From contig OZ287069.1 of assembly GCA_965645245.1 (NCBI GenBank), forward strand, positions 1,860,001 to 1,924,000: a DNA stretch of 64,000 nt, written 5' to 3'. Shown piece after piece: positions 61,501 to 64,000 of this stretch. Position numbers and translations under genes: made by a program. Under the pieces are notes generated by a model. The model ran no database searches, was not told where the DNA came from, and was given only the letters and a program-made list of their open reading frames with translations. The stretch's first letter is position 1. Every line of letters begins with the position of its first letter. The DNA comes from Massalongia carnosa. Lineage: Eukaryota.

Positions 61501-64000
61501 CAAGTTACAAGATCTCCTAAGCCGTGCTGAGCATTTCGAAGTTGTCACTGTTCATCATAATGCGCTGGACAGCAACCGTAGTAGCGCTGCCTCCATGCTT
61601 TCAAAACAAGTTCGCCTGAAACTTGTTGCTGATGAAGAGGCCGAAATGCCTCGACCGTATAGGAATCTTATGATCTCCATTCACGCAATTGCAACCTTTA
61701 AATCGTTGGATGATTATTTACGTCCTCGTATAAGTTTATCAGAGCGGCCTCGGGGCGCAAGACATCGAGAAGGAGTATCCAATGCTCTAGCAGCGTTTGC
61801 TGCAGCTGCAGGTCTCCCAAATCCTCAACAGAGACGTGTAGAAGGGGGCGAGGCAAGTAGTGGCGGGACAGCAACTCTCCCCACTCCGTCAAGTGTGCCT
61901 ATACCAGGACGTGGTAGTCGTAAACCCACCAAGACTAAGAATGCATCTACCGCACCGGAAACGACTCCAGCGAAAGAAAAAGGTACCACCGTCCGTCGAT
62001 CCAGTCGTCGGCATCAAACCGCTACTCAGACTTCACCAGACGCAGCAGTAAGGGTTCCAGAGAGGGCTCCAGAGCGGGCGCAAACTCCTCTAGAATGCGC
62101 AGATGAGAGGCAGCTTACGGATGAAGATGACCTCGACGAAAGCAATGCGCTGGACGCGATTGTAGATGATCTTGAAGATGGCATGGAGACTGACAGTTTA
62201 CCAGACCCGACCGCTGTTAACATGGAAGTGGCTCCAACTGGTAAAGTTACTGCCAGAAAGGAGGACGGGACCCGAATATCCACTCCATCTCAAGCTATGG
62301 CATCTGTGAATGCTTCTCTTTCCTCACATAGTCGGGAATTATTGGCCGCTGGCCTGAATCCTGCCTTGGCAAATCGTGCGATGTCTTATGCAGCAGCTCT
62401 TCAAGCGATACCGCAAGACTGGCACATTGAGTTCAGCCTCGATGGTCAAGTTATTCCAAATGATACCACCATATATGCGGCAGTCCATTTTAATAAAGTC
62501 CAACAAACCGAACCTATGCTACGGAATGTCTGGTCTGCCATCCACACCATCAAATTCAAGCGAGTATCCGGTCCACCACCATCAGAGTCCTCGTCTCCCC
62601 TGCCCCCTCCCGACCAATTTTCTGCGACGTCTTCTGTTATGCCAATTTCGCTGCATGAACATCCGGCAACATCGACAATACTGTGCCTGCTGAACATACT
62701 TCATGACCTAAACGCTAATTTGGATGATGTGCTGGACGAGAGTAAAGAAGTGATCAAGTTGAGCGCTGAGCCAGTAGCTCAGTTTATCAACACAAAACTT
62801 ACAGCTAAACTCAATCGGCAGCTCGAGGAGCCACTCATCGTCGCCAGCAAATGTCTTCCTAGCTGGAGTGAAGATCTCGCGCGTTTCTATCCTTTTCTAT
62901 TTCCTTTCGAAACCAGACATCTCTTTCTTCAATCAACCTCATTTGGTTATATGCGCTCCTTGTCTAGATGGCAGAGCGCTCAATCTCTCGATGAAGCACG
63001 TCGTGATCGTCACCGTGAGGACCGTCCTTTCCTTCCTAAGCTACAGCGACAGAAGGTTCGTATTTCCCGGACTAGGATTCTCGAGTCTGCTGTTAAGGTT
63101 ATGGAACTGTATGGCGCCTCGCCCAGCGTGTTAGAGGTTGAATACTTTGAAGAGGTTGGTACGGGCTTAGGACCTACATTGGAGTTCTACTCCACAGTCT
63201 CTAAGGAATTTTCGAAAAAGAAAATAAGTCTGTGGCGCGAAAATGATGCTAATCCTGACGATGAATATGCATTTGGTAAACTTGGATTGTTCCCCGCTCC
63301 AATGAGCCCAGAGCAAGCAGAGACCGAAGCCGGCAAGAAGGTCCTTCATCTCTTTAAGATGCTCGGAAAGTTTATCGCACGATCCATGTTAGACTCCAGA
63401 ATTATTGATGTATCGCTCAATCCAACCTTTTTCCGTATTGGCAATCATCCCAGCACGGTCCCTCTCTCCCTCGGAGCAGTCAAGACTGTTGACAGTCATC
63501 TAGCTAAATCTTTGATGCTTGTCAAGCAGTTTGCTTTCGCAAAGAAGAAGATCGATCGGATTGTTTCTCTCTCTGCCGCCCAAAAAGCCCGTGCTATTTC
63601 GGAAATCGAGGTTCATGAGGTTCGAATAGAATCTCTTAGCCTTGATTTCACACTTCCAGGATATCCCGAAATAGAGCTAGTTAAAGATGGAGGGAATATA
63701 TCGGTCACAAACGACAACGTTGGAAGTTATGTCGAGAAAGTCATCGATATGACACTGGGCAGCGGTGTGCAGCGGCAGGTTGAGGCATTTCGAATCGGAT
63801 TTTCCCAAGTATTTCCTTATTCAGCCCTCAAGGCCTTTACACCAAACGAGCTAGTGATGCTTTTTGGAAGGGTTGAGGAGGATTGGACCCTTGAAAGTAA
63901 GTTAATTCTCCTCAAATTTTGGTTGGCGCTAATACAGATTCTTCAGCACTTCTGGATTCAATCAAAGCCGATCATGGCTTCAACATGGACAGCAAGAGTG
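58505..64000 (+). CDS. UFD4: HECT E3 ubiquitin ligase Ufd4/TRIP12 (3' end outside the window)
   Basis: ARM region QLIALQELSEILLVSTED..MMLLACRCIANLMEALP..FIDLAEQALS; FINTKLTAKLNRQLEEPL; HECT LEVEYFEEVGTGLGPTLEFY, LDFTLPGY, IKADHGF. Confidence 0.96.

Overview
Eukaryotic DNA from a filamentous ascomycete (Pezizomycotina): genes have short GT-AG introns with CTAAC/CTGAC branch sites, so the bacterial-style ORF track fragments most of them. The right half (27-64 kb) is mostly intact conserved genes: a MULE/FAR1-domain protein, Erv2-type sulfhydryl oxidase, branched-chain aminotransferase, PAN2, a small Cys-rich protein, proteasome alpha3, a WW/FF protein, a ZNF830-like protein, BYE1, GPI16, LUC7, an RGG protein and UFD4 (runs off the window). 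The left half (1-27 kb) is more plastic: a P450 relic, a Net1/Dnt1-like gene, a decayed 4-kb mucin-like gene, a Ctr copper transporter and a secreted alkaline phosphatase, mixed with transposons. The main structure is a three-level nested insertion in the phosphatase 3' region (old truncated Tad1-like LINE < near-full-length Tad1-like LINE < Tc1), with all three target-site duplications readable. Also present: two Tc1 copies with the same asymmetric TIRs, a 262-bp MITE at a CCAGG site, and two perfect hairpins with unrelated arms but identical TAATCGT...ACGATTA ends. Exon boundaries were read by eye and family calls come from recognised motifs; no database searches were run.
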